Shown here piece by piece: positions 13,401-24,338 of a DNA stretch of 64,000 nucleotides. The stretch is from Ramazzottius varieornatus (taxonomy: Eukaryota > Animalia > Tardigrada), in NCBI GenBank assembly GCA_001949185.1, contig BDGG01000016.1, forward strand, positions 1-64,000. The letters are read 5' to 3'. Position numbers and translations under genes: made by a program. The notes under the pieces were generated by a model. The model did no database searches, was not told the origin of the DNA, and saw nothing but the letters and a program-made list of their open reading frames with translations. How positions within the stretch are numbered: position 1 is the stretch's first letter; each line of letters starts with the position of its first letter.

Positions 13401-15805
13401 GCACACCCTGAAAGAAATCAACCTGGTAAAAAATAGGGTCTTCCAGGTGTTTTCAGTTTCCACAGTCAGTTACGACGGTGTTACTGGATATTCATTCGCT
13501 TCAACAAGTAAAGAGGAAAATTACTTTGTCAGCTTCGAAATGTCGATCACGAGAACCTACACAAGTTTATTGGATTACTCGTGGACAAACCAGAAACTCT
13601 CGTGATAGCCGTGGTTCGAGACGAATGCTCGAAAGGGGACTTGACAACCTTGCTTTCCAACCACACCTTCACCCTAGACTGGGTAGTCAAAGCATCGTTC
13701 ATAAGAGATCTCGTCCACGTGAGTTAATAAATCTTGATCCAGTTCCTTTCAATGCAAAATTACGGAACCATGTTTTCAGGGCATGGCATACCTTCATTCA
13801 ACCTCCCTACAATCACACGGGAATCTTACGTCGCACAACTGCCTTGTTAACGGGAAGTTCACGCTAAAAGTCAGCGAGTACGGTCTTTCGTTCCTACGAT
13901 CGGAGGGCGAACTACAGCCATTGACAGATACACAGCAAAGCCGTAACCACCACCATCTTCTCTGGCGAGCTCCAGAACTCCTATCGATCGTCATGCCGGT
14001 TTACGGCACGCAGGTACCTTACCTTGACCATAGTCAACGCCCCTGATTGTGCCGCCGTCCCGCTTCCAGCTAATGGGCTTGAACATGTTTTCGATAGAAA
14101 GGAGATGTGTACTCGTTCGCCATCATCTTAAGCCAAATAATTTTGGAAAGTCAGCCCTTCGAATTCGAGAGTGGCAAAGGATCGGCAAACCCGCTCACAG
14201 CAGCGGAAATCGCACTGGAAGTATGAGCCTACAAAATACCACATTGTTTGCCTTCGCATTGACGGGTATTTTGCCTTTCCGTAAACGAGCGTTTGACATT
14301 CAGGTAAAGAACGGGAATACTCCCCCGACTAGACCTCATGTCTCGCGCAGCGCTTGTTCAGCCGCCCTCTTCGAGATGATGGAGCTTTGCTGGAACCAGA
14401 TCCCCCTCGAGCGTCCAAGTTTCGTAAAGATCCGTGACCAATACCTGAAAAAGATCCTGGGCAATACCAAAGAGAACATTGTCGACCAACTGTTGAAACG
14501 AATGGATCAATACTCCAATACTCTAGAGAAAAAGGTGGCTACTGCGAACTGTGATGGCTCGCCACCAGGTGGCGCTACATTAACTGATATTTTCTAGGTG
14601 GCCGAGAAAACACAGCAGCTGCTGGAAGAAAAGAAAAGAACCGATGAGCTACTTCACACCTTTCTTCCTGGGTAAGCTGGTGAACAAAAAACATATCTCC
14701 AAAACTGGTGACTGAACGAGTTATCCATCACAGTGGGACAATAGACGCGTTGACCAGAGGAGAACCAGTCGAACCTGAACTCATTCCCAGTGTGACAGTA
14801 TACTTTGGGTAAGCGCAGCGAGCCTGTACCAATGTTTCGCATCCTTTCGAGACAACATATTTTTGTTTCACAGAACTATGGTGGACCTTGCGGAAGTTTG
14901 CAGGGACCTGACGCCTGCTTGTATAACGTCACTAATGAACGCAGTGGACAGTCTGGTGGAAGGGACGGTTGAGCGTCACGAGTTGTTCAAAGTAAAAGGC
15001 TATGTTGGCGACGGTTATATGGTAGGTATCTTAGCGTCTGCTGGTACTTCCGTCCAACAAGCGCAGAAAGCAAACGACCGTAGAACGTAAACTTTCGACA
15101 GATGGTAAGCGGAATCCTGAACCGGCTTCCTACTGCCGGCCAGATCGCATCGTCCATTGCTACAGCAGCAATGCATCTTCAAAAGGAAGTTCAATCTTTC
15201 TATCATCCCGATATGGGGAACCAGATGTTACAGCTACGGGCAGGAATGGCCTCAGGTAAAGCAAGCTAAACAGTCAGCACAACCTCTTTGCTCCATAGGA
15301 AGTATCAACTTTGTCGATGCAGGAGCAGTAGTCGCCGGTATCGTCGGCAGTCGGATACCTCAGTATTACTTGTAAGTTCCGCCCCTATTATAGTCCACTA
15401 AACACCTCTTCTTCCGGTCCTCTTCCAACGAGCCATCTGAAGGATTTCATCACAGGTTCGGGCAAACTGTAGTTACCGCCAGGTTGATGGAAACCTCAGG
15501 GCACGGTAATAAAGCTCCCTTGAGATATCGTGCTTTAATGGACCTTCCGCGGACTTGACTAAAAGTCCACTGTATTTGACAGCCATGAAGATTCAGGTTG
15601 CTGACTCGACAAAACAGCTTCTGCCTCAGCACTACGACCTTCAGGAACGAGCCGACAAGATAAAGGTAGTACTTTTCAAGAAAACCTTAGGATGTCGTCA
15701 AAGCAAGTACCGTCACACCCTACCGTAAGCTACCCTCAGCCGCATCTCTGTTTTCAGTCAGGTGAAGGAAGCGCCACCTACTGGTTAATCTCTTCCCATC
15801 GATAG
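10470..15805 (+). CDS. Receptor (membrane) guanylyl cyclase-like protein with degenerate catalytic domain
   Basis: Signal peptide MYFLVIVFVLKI; ANF-receptor-like ectodomain (VFLGPG); TM VSVIVVAVLLSLLLIAGAVGWIFY; kinase-homology domain (HGNLTSHNCLV, LLWRAPELL, DVYSFAII); hinge (NIVDQLLKRMDQYSNTLE..EEKKRTDELL); cyclase domain (LRAGMASGAVVAGIVGSRIPQYYLFGQTV..TYWL). Confidence 0.9.
10999..11182. mobile_element. Palindromic MITE copy (double core) with AAAT target-site duplication
   Basis: AAAT at 10995-10998 and 11183-11186; two 25-nt-spaced cores with loops in opposite orientation; in cyclase intron. Confidence 0.8.
14562..14577 (+). promoter_or_regulatory. CTCF-consensus motif in a cyclase intron
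   Basis: CCACCAGGTGGCGCTA matches the CTCF consensus CCASYAGRKGGCRS; motif match only. Confidence 0.35.
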
Positions 15806-16089
15806 CACCCAAGTCTTCTTTTCTGTCTACATTGTTACAGTAAAGTCCGTCTTCCTACTTATAAAATGACCATAACAAACGCGCGACAACACCGTCCTCC
15901 GCCTCACGTCGATGGAAGAGGGGCAGTCCAGACTGTATCTATAGACAAAGAACGTAACGTAGCGAAACAGAAGCACGAAAGACAAAGCAAGGCTGATCGG
16001 ATGGCTGTGCCTGCTTTGTCAACAGATGGTACGTTACTACAATCTGGTGGAAGCCTCTCTTTTGAAACCGGCGGAAAGATAGCTATGGG

Positions 16090-17139
16090 TTAACCAGCCG
16101 TCATCATTTCCATAAACTCTGCAAGAATAAAATACCATGCATGTGTCACCAAAGTCTAAAAAACAAAATGGAAGATGGGTTATGTTGAATGATGATGGAG
16201 CTTACCGTCAAAGTCGACGGTGCCACTGCCATCAGTATCGATTTCGGCAATCATTTCGTCCAACTCTTCCTCGGTGATGTTGTCGTCGAGAGCGCGGAGG
16301 ATTTCTCGGAGGTCGGAGACGTTGATGTAGCCGTTACCTTGCTTGTCGTAGAGTCGGAAGGCTTCTCGCAGTTCCTGCTCCATCTTGGCCTTGTCTCCTT
16401 CCACCACGAAACGCGACACCAGCGTCAAGAACTCGTCAAACTCAATCTCACCCGAACCTACATAAAGCGTACCAACAGACACATATGATTTTGCTGCATG
16501 GAATAGGGTCATCGTGGCATCAGGTACCGTACAAGGCCTTACCGTCGGTGTCGACTTCGGCAATGAGTTCTCGTAAGTCCTTCTCCTCAAAGGCCTGACC
16601 CATGGTCCGCAGTAGGGAGCCAATCTGGCGAGTGTGGATGAAGCCCTGCTTGTCCTTGTCGAACATGTTGAAGGCCTTCTGGAAAGCTGCAACAACAACA
16701 CACACTTAATCAATGAATCCAGCGGTAAATTCATCTTATCTCTAATATGAAAATTAATCCACATTTTCTGTGTTTGAAACAGCTTATGAAAAAATCCACA
16801 AAAGAAAGGGAATAGCCAGCGTGGTACACTGCACAGTTTCCTTATAAGGATCTGTCACTCTGCAGTACGCCGCGACAGCTACAACACGTACACACATCTA
16901 CGTCACTCCCCCAACGAGCTATGTTTAGCCTCATGCTCTTCCATCAGTTTCTCATCCCATTACCCCATTTCACAAACTGAGACAACAGCTCAACTTTCGT
17001 TTGATTTGCCCGAATTGTAAAACAGTATCATTCCATGAGAATAAGGTTAAATATGCTTGGGGGAAATTTTAGTAAAATGTTCAATGCTGTCAAGTACATT
17101 CTTACCTGCGGTCTGTTCCGCCGTTAGTTCCTCGCCCAT
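16090..17139 (-). CDS. TpnC: Troponin C (invertebrate type)
   Basis: 4 exons: [11 protein letters not shown]|[10 protein letters not shown]...DTD|[45 protein letters not shown]...[11 protein letters not shown]|[11 protein letters not shown]-hands II and IV are canonical, I and III degenerate, as in arthropod TnC. Confidence 0.92.
16840..16849. promoter_or_regulatory. CArG box (SRF site) in troponin C intron 1
   Basis: CCTTATAAGG = CC(A/T)6GG in a muscle gene; a relaxed MEF2-like CTATTTTAAG lies upstream at ~17396-17405. Confidence 0.45.
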
Positions 17140-18342
17140 GGTGATGCTGGGAAGAGTCCGCGCCGATTGCGATTATCCCACAAAGGTGTCCGAAATGCAG
17201 CCGAAATGTAGACTGCCTATCTCAATGGTTTGAACTCGAACTGCCGTGATGAAGTGACTGCTGCTCCCAAGCCGTTCTTCCTGGTGTCGTACAAGCGGGC
17301 TCTTCAAGTGCGCCACACATACGCAAGAGTCGGCAAGCCGCGTACGTACATTTCTTTGCCATTGCGTCTTTTCCTCTGGCCATCAAAATACCAGGCTATT
17401 TTAAGAAGCCATCTCTTGGACTCTCTCAACGTAAATACCAGCCATTCCGTGTTTCAGCTCTGGTAAGCACTAGAGATGGCTCGGCTAACTTAGTTTTCGC
17501 CTCATGCCAGAGTGCTGAGTCTTCACATCAGCTGGAATCCGCGCAGGAACTCGAAGAAGCCACAACCTCTGAAAAGCTGCGTCTGTATCTCTCTCGGTAA
17601 AGTGACGAAATGTCCTGTCTACGTGAACGAATTTTTAAGTTGCCTAATGTCTCCGTACCAGCTAGGAAGCTCCCACATCAGCTACATGCATGCAGGTGAC
17701 GCTTCACAAAAATCACACGCGCCGTTTCGACCGGCACATAGAAGGTCCTTCATGCGCAGCCGTCAGGTCCTAAGGTATATCAGAAGTCAAAAAGGGGTCT
17801 CACGCTGTCAGTCCTGAGTAACCGAGTAACCGCACCATTCCCATTAGACTTCGGCTCGCAACCTTCCACAGAACAGGGACAGACGGTGCGGCAGCTGCGC
17901 TGTACCGAAGTTATTCGATCCTAACCGTCAGCTTGTGCCAAGTTCCACAGAGCAACATCTTCGGCAGTGACTGCCGATGTTCTCGTATTCGAAATTAGAT
18001 CTTTACTGCGCTGCCTCTTCTGGCTACGTTACTACGAAGAATTCGTGTCGACTCACGAATAGTCACGCGCAGCCTCTTTCCTTCCACTTCCGCGGCCACC
18101 ACGAGTACCAACACAGCACACAACATTTTCCCTGTTGGTCTTATAGAACAAAGCAAGACGCTGTATAACCCACGTTACGGTTTTGCTTTCATTGTCAGCT
18201 CTTCCCGCCAACTACACTGGAAGTGGTTGTGTTTGGATATCCTGCGATCCTCATGTTTGCAATATTGATCTTCATGCAATCCTAAGACGCGGCCCATCAG
18301 AGTTTTACAAGCATACCAGCCAGTTGATCCCTGTTTGTCGAA

Positions 18343-18561
18343 ATGCCCAATCTCACCACACCCGAAAAGAACCCCACAACCACCGTCTCGGAGGTAAGCC
18401 CAACTTCCGTTCGACAGCTTCGCGTAATGACCTTGCACAACCAACTGACCATGAGTGTTGATTGGTAGCTCAAAGATGTCAGCGGTAGCGCCAAAAAGTA
18501 CGAACTGACGGAAGACCAAATTCATCGTGAGTGAAAGAGGACCACAATTCTAATATTGAAG

Positions 18562-18603
<42 letters not shown>

Positions 18604-20124
18604 TTTTGTTATGAAAACTGGTAAATACCATTCAATTTTCAACAAAAAAAATAAAATAAATATATATATAAAAATATATAGATATATAAATATATGTACA
18701 TAAAGGCTGCTGTCGTTGAACCGTCTTACTTTTGCAGAGTACCACGAGGTAAGCAGTCTTCAGGATGAGCCGATCCCAGCTTGGTCCGGGATCCGTGAGT
18801 CGTGACAGATACTTGAACATGTTAGCGCGCACCCCATCCCGCGTCAACATCAGCACACTTTGTCATCCATCACACCGCCCACCCAGTGACCAGTCAGACC
18901 TACAAAAGGCCAAACAAGCTCTCCCAACACATCACTCTGTGAACCTTCACGTTGATTTTTATCTCTTATTCAGGCCTTCACGTTGTTCGACAAGGATGGC
19001 GATGGTAAGTCCGATCAGCTCGTCTTAGTAATTTACCTAAATTCTGAATGAAAGCCGTGAGGAACTTTTGGGTATGTGGTATTTCTGAATGTGCAAAGAG
19101 CATCAGCTTTGCAACGTCTCTTGGCTGCGAAAAACGTCTTCGGCTTTGTAAACCGAGGCAAGGAGTCAAGGACTAGAAAGAGCCCTGATTTCGACCTGTC
19201 TATCGCTGTCGACTAGCATCCACTGCTCGTTTGACTGCCCTGCTTCCGACAGACCAGGTTGCGAGCTCTTCCCATACGAAACCTTGTAGAAGACAAGAAC
19301 TGGTACGGTCAATCTGAATGCCATAGAACCAGCGGGTAAACAGTCTTGTTTCAACGAAGCCCACTTTTCTATGGTTATAAAAACACACTTGGAGGGGGTC
19401 GTCAATTAGCCTATCATATCAAAAGCCGTCCTTTGCCCCAATATTGCCTCTATGTACCTCCACTTTGCCTCTCTCTCTACTGCTTGATGATCCCCTGACT
19501 ACTGAACCCGATGGTATAAGAGGACTTGCAAGAACCAGTCTTGTTACTTAATTTTCATAATCCGTTTTTGTCAGGGATGATAACCAGTGCGGAACTAGGA
19601 ACAGTTGTAAAAGCCTTGGGACAAGTAGCCACCGAGAAGCAGCTAAAGGGAATGGTTCGCGAAGTCGACGTTGACGGCAACGGCACCATCGAGTTCCACG
19701 AGTTCCTCAAGATGATGTCCAAGAAGAAAACCAATCCCGACCAAGAACTTCACGAGGTAAGCCTTTATCTACAGAGTCTGCCATGACTGCTTTGCCTGCA
19801 GCTGTTCTTTACAATTAGATTCCTTTGTAGGCCTTTAAGATCTTTGACAGAAATAACGACGGCTTTATAAGCACACCTGAACTGAAGCACGTCATGCTCA
19901 GCCTGGGCGAGAAGCTCAGTGACGAAGAGTACGAAGAGATGATCAAGGAAGCTGACCTGGACAAGGACGGCAAAGTCAGCTACAAAGGTACGTCGAAGTT
20001 GAACCACCACTGTCCTCCTTTTCCTGCTTCCGACCGAAGGACCTCTTCTATGGGTCCTACGGTAAGTCTTGCTGTACGTTTTACTGCTCTTACAGAGTTT
20101 GTGGCAATACTGACGTCACAGTAG
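18343..20124 (+). CDS. Calmodulin-like EF-hand protein with N-terminal extension
   Basis: Spliced: [17 protein letters not shown]|[19 protein letters not shown]|QYHE|[10 protein letters not shown]|GMITSAELG...[12 protein letters not shown]...|[17 protein letters not shown]...[11 protein letters not shown]|EFVAILTSQ*. Four canonical EF loops but clearly divergent from true calmodulin. Confidence 0.88.
18563..18597. repeat. (TA)n microsatellite
   Basis: About 17 TA units in a calmodulin-like intron, followed by an AT-rich tract to ~18700. Confidence 0.95.
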
Positions 20125-20769
20125 CTGGGCTCTCTCCATCCATCTTTTCCACGTTGCTTGACGGAGATGGTACGTCTGGTAATGTCCAGTCCAGCCTGAT
20201 CGTCCAGACGACATCGACTCTTTTGTCGGGAAGAAAACGGCTCAACTGTACAGTTTCTCATCTTCTCGTCCAGTTCATGTCAGAGTTTTATACTGTTACC
20301 TGCGATACTTTCCTCTAATTAACTTGCCTTACTTGTTGCGCCAACTCACCGACAAAGCCAGCTTTTACTTTAGCCACCCTGAGCACTCGGAATTTAGCGG
20401 TGTTTAATGATGCTGATACACAGCTGCAGTAGCTCCACCCGACTGTGACCGTTCTTTAGCTGAATAGCTCTAAAATGATACAAAACATCGTCTTGTCAAT
20501 GATGATTACTCGTTAAGGTCTTCTGGCCTTGTATTACGAACAGTATAACTTTGCTGTGCTCGAACAACTGCGGGACGATAATCAGAGCAGAACCGCATCA
20601 TCATTCATTACACCATATACGCACCTCGTCCAGAACGCCACATCAAAGCGACCTTCTTGTGCATGTTAGATACAGTCTGCAGTATCCTAAGCCACTGGAA
20701 CTCAAGGACGTGTTGACGTCGGGTGAGTTTCTCGTCTGAGAAATCCACAAGCATCTGCAAAGGCAAAAT

Positions 20770-21153
20770 ATGATCTCGGCGATCGCGCACGTAAGTAAAC
20801 TAAGTAAACAATTACGCAACTCTGACATTATGCTTGTCTTTCCGATTCTGCAGCTCCTGATATTTGTGGCTGCGCTGCCCTTTCCTATAGTCGAATTAGC
20901 GCGGCTGGCCGACGAGCTGCAGAATGGCATTGGTGACAGCGCTGAACCTAAGGAAATTCCCAATCTCCATAAAGGCAAGGGCAAGACTGACCAGCTGCCT
21001 CAGATTGGCATCGATGCCCCCTACCTTATCCCGAGAGGAGGGAACCACGATCAGCAGAACAGCTTTCCCTTCAACAAGGATCTGCTCGATGTTCTCCTGC
21101 GTTCAGCGATGTCGGCCAGCCATGGTGAATCCAGTAATCCTCGGCCCCAGTAG
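20770..21153 (+). CDS. Small predicted secreted protein (orphan)
   Basis: MISAIAH|LLIFVAALPFPIVELA signal-like start via intron 20791-20853 (gtaagt...ctgcag), followed by an ~85-aa hydrophilic Cys-free region; AATAAA at ~21342. Confidence 0.55.
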   Translation: MISAIAHVSKLSKQLRNSDIMLVFPILQLLIFVAALPFPIVELARLADELQNGIGDSAEPKEIPNLHKGKGKTDQLPQIGIDAPYLIPRGGNHDQQNSFPFNKDLLDVLLRSAMSASHGESSNPRPQ

Positions 21154-22082
21154 GTTGCAAGAATGCTTCACTTCGTTCTGTCGTTTCTCTCCAACCATCG
21201 CTCCCGTGCTTCAGCCGTGCTCCATCTTCCATGTCACGTAGTTGAGCAAACCAGAACGAGAACCAAATTCAAAATGTAACGGAACTTACGGAAGAACTAT
21301 AAAAGCGAACATCGAATTCGGAGGAGACATCCGAGTTTTCTAATAAAGCATAACTTTGTTATGGTTTGTGTGGACAGGTATCGTCCGGAATAGGTAGACC
21401 ATGTCACGAGTGGTTATGACATGAAGCGTTACGTATTAAATCACGTGGTAGTCACGTAAACAACGATCCGATACGCTTCGCTGGGCGGCAAACTGGCAGC
21501 AAATCAGGCCGGCGCTCCGCTTTCCGACTTCCGGTTCCGACGTCTGACTAAGAGGAGGAAGATCCTGATCATACATGAGCTGCTAAATATGGCCTTGCAC
21601 AAACTATTTGCAGTGTCCATCAACTAATCACCCATAAGTTCCGGCAGCATTCAAGCCAATCAACGCCAAGCAAGGCCATACGTAGCAGCTCGTCTATGAT
21701 CCTGACTCCTCAGTTCAGACCTGTGTTGTTTTCCGCTCCAGAGTCGTGATCTTTTGCTTCCGTTCTACGCGGGCCACAACCCTTGTTGCTCTTCCTTTCC
21801 CTCTAGCTCTCCCTTACAAATATCTGTGAACTATCGCATGGATGTGCTACAACCGAACCGGAAGACGACCGGATCTTTCCTTGTGATCACTTCATCTGCT
21901 CAGGCCGAGTATCTTCTTGTTAACGTCCGATTTTCTGCTAAGTTTTCTTTGCGAGCAACCAAAGATGATACATCAAAGTTCAAAACCCAGGCGTGTTGGA
22001 CTGAACAAAGCGTGTGGAGCGGGCGACAGAAATACTTTGTTTTGTTTTCGCAGGCGTGGCAGGCGAATCGTCGTCCTGATCA

Positions 22083-23377
22083 CTATCCATTCATGACGGT
22101 TCTTCCCGAGGGAATGTTTCCAAATCCGGCACCCTCCACGTTCTTCATCTGGTCTGCCATATTGAAATCGGGCATGCCAAAGCCACCACCAGGCATACCG
22201 GGAATACCGTTGGCATTGCTACTGGCCTTCTTTGGGGTGAGCTGACAGTCGCAGGCAGTGGGCAAACGGAACATGTCGTACGTCGGCCTTCAATGATAGA
22301 TACCGTTTTGTATCAGAATTCCCCGACATGACGAGGAAGACTTACCCGCTGAACCTGTTGCAGGGATCGAAGACAAGGAGACGGACAAAGCTATAGCGTT
22401 GTTTGCACGTGGTCTCGTAGCATCCTGGCACATGCTTACAGGTGGAACCCGGTCGCCTGCATCAGTCAACACACACTTGGTCAAACAAGGGTCCGGCTCT
22501 GTTTTACCATCCTACGATATGTTCTTCACGCATTCTGCATTTCATAGGTACGTTGATAGATCAGTGGAATTTCTAGAGATGTAAATGTGTGCGGAGTTGG
22601 CCAGGGAATGATTGGAATTAACTTACAAGCAACGTTCAACTCGCACGGTCTGCGTCACATCGGTTCCTTGCATAACAGCTTTCCACTGGTCCTTGACGTT
22701 CTTGGCGTATCCCGGACGAATCAGCTCAATGTCCGACTCGCAGATGGAATCCTTGTCCTCGGAGATGGGTCCGTCGTAGACATCCCAGACATCTACTTCC
22801 GTTATGGACAAGCCTTTGAAGGTTGAGCCGTAATTCTTCTCGATCTCGTTGGCACTTTCCCTACAATGGCATACGTTTAGGCGGGTCTAGCCGAAGTGGG
22901 GGGTTTGTACGTTGCTCTCCTTACCTTGGGTAGTTGTCGTTGTGATGGCACATAAAGGGACTGAGTTTTGTTCTTTTGCAGAGAGGGCCGGAGTCTTTGT
23001 TGTAGTTGCAGTCGAGATCTGCTCTTGCCGTGATGGCTGACGGCAACTGCGAGGCACCTTGCACCGGCATGTAATAGGCACTCTGTTGTGTCTGCGGATT
23101 GTACTGGTAACTGGAAGCTGGAGTTCCATAAGAAGGGGTCCCATAAGAAGCGGGATACGCGTTATACGTCTGCGCGCCGGTATAGGGCAAGACACAAAAG
23201 ATGAAACCCAAGAGGCGAAATTCCTTCTGCAAAAGGTGGGTTATTAAACAGTTCTACTGGAGAGATTTCGTGGATCTGTGTCGAATTTTTGTATTATCCA
23301 GTCACTCATCTGTTCTAAATTCTGAGACCAAAATGACGCTTATTCGAAGCTCTAAACATTAAGTAATTACTTACCAT
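22083..23377 (-). CDS. Spaetzle/neurotrophin-like cystine-knot ligand, paralogue 1
   Basis: ATG-only first exon (23375-23377), signal KEFRLLGFIFCVLPYTGA, Y/P/Q-rich prodomain, PLC..C..DNYP, then knot CESDIELIRPGYAKN..WKAV..QTVRVERC..CKHVPGCYETTCKQRY..LLVFDPC..FRLPTACDC. Confidence 0.87.
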
Positions 23378-24338
23378 GGTTAGCAGAATGGAATGAAGGG
23401 CCAAGGATGGAGAATCGGGGCCCCAAAGATGAAGTTAAGGCTCTTCCCTGCTCCCTGGAGATTTCTACGGTATTGGGGAGGAAAAAGCGCCCGCCAAAAA
23501 ACCCAGGAAGAAACGAGGCCCTTTATGGAACAGCAGCTCAATGGGCAAAGTGGTAAACGGTAAGACGGAAGTATCGTGCAAGATGCTACGTGCGTAACGC
23601 GGTTCAAGTTCTTCAAACAGGTGTCTGCAGATCGAAAGAAAAAGATGATAGTTGCTGATACTCGGCAAGTGGACAGCGAAAGTGTAATGCCCCCTCGTTT
23701 TACACCTCGAGCTATCGCAACAGGTGAGCTGTCATCGATATAAAATTTGTACTACAGAGCTGGAAAATAACACCGTGATCTCTTCGAGCTTCTGACGTTC
23801 TCAGTCCTTGAGCTCATACCTCAAGCTGGCCTGGCCCCGACGGGAACTGAGGTGGTGGAAGGCTTACTCGTCAAGTTTAGCCATGCTAAAATCGCTGTTT
23901 TAAAAACCTGATTTTTCTGAATTTTTTCGGACATCATATTTAACGAGAAGCTTAAGAGAGTTCTTTCGCAAGAACAGTGGGTGTAGTGATTCGCCAGCGT
24001 ATTTTGAGGTGAAGAATACAGTAAATCATATGCCATTAGAAAGTTGTTCAGGCGTTAGATGCCTAAAGGGTAGTTTGGACCAGTAGTCTTTGGTCGTCGA
24101 CGACGATGAGCACGAGCAAGAGTCACTTTCCGTTTAACTTCCGTGTTTTCTTCAGGTTATCACTCTCATCACACACACGCGCACAAGTTCAAGGTAGAAG
24201 AACGTGCCTCTCGGAAGGATTATCCACCTCCTATGTGATATTGGCTGTTCGATGGACCACAACGGCTGACCTTCTCCACAGTCCACACGGTAGAGCGGAT
24301 TCGTTCGCCAATTAGTATTGGTCTTTCTCCATCTGAAC

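Noticed and set aside
21754-22245. 163-aa plus-strand ORF
   Set aside because: TTG start, antisense to the spaetzle-like last exon and 3' UTR, no domain signal.
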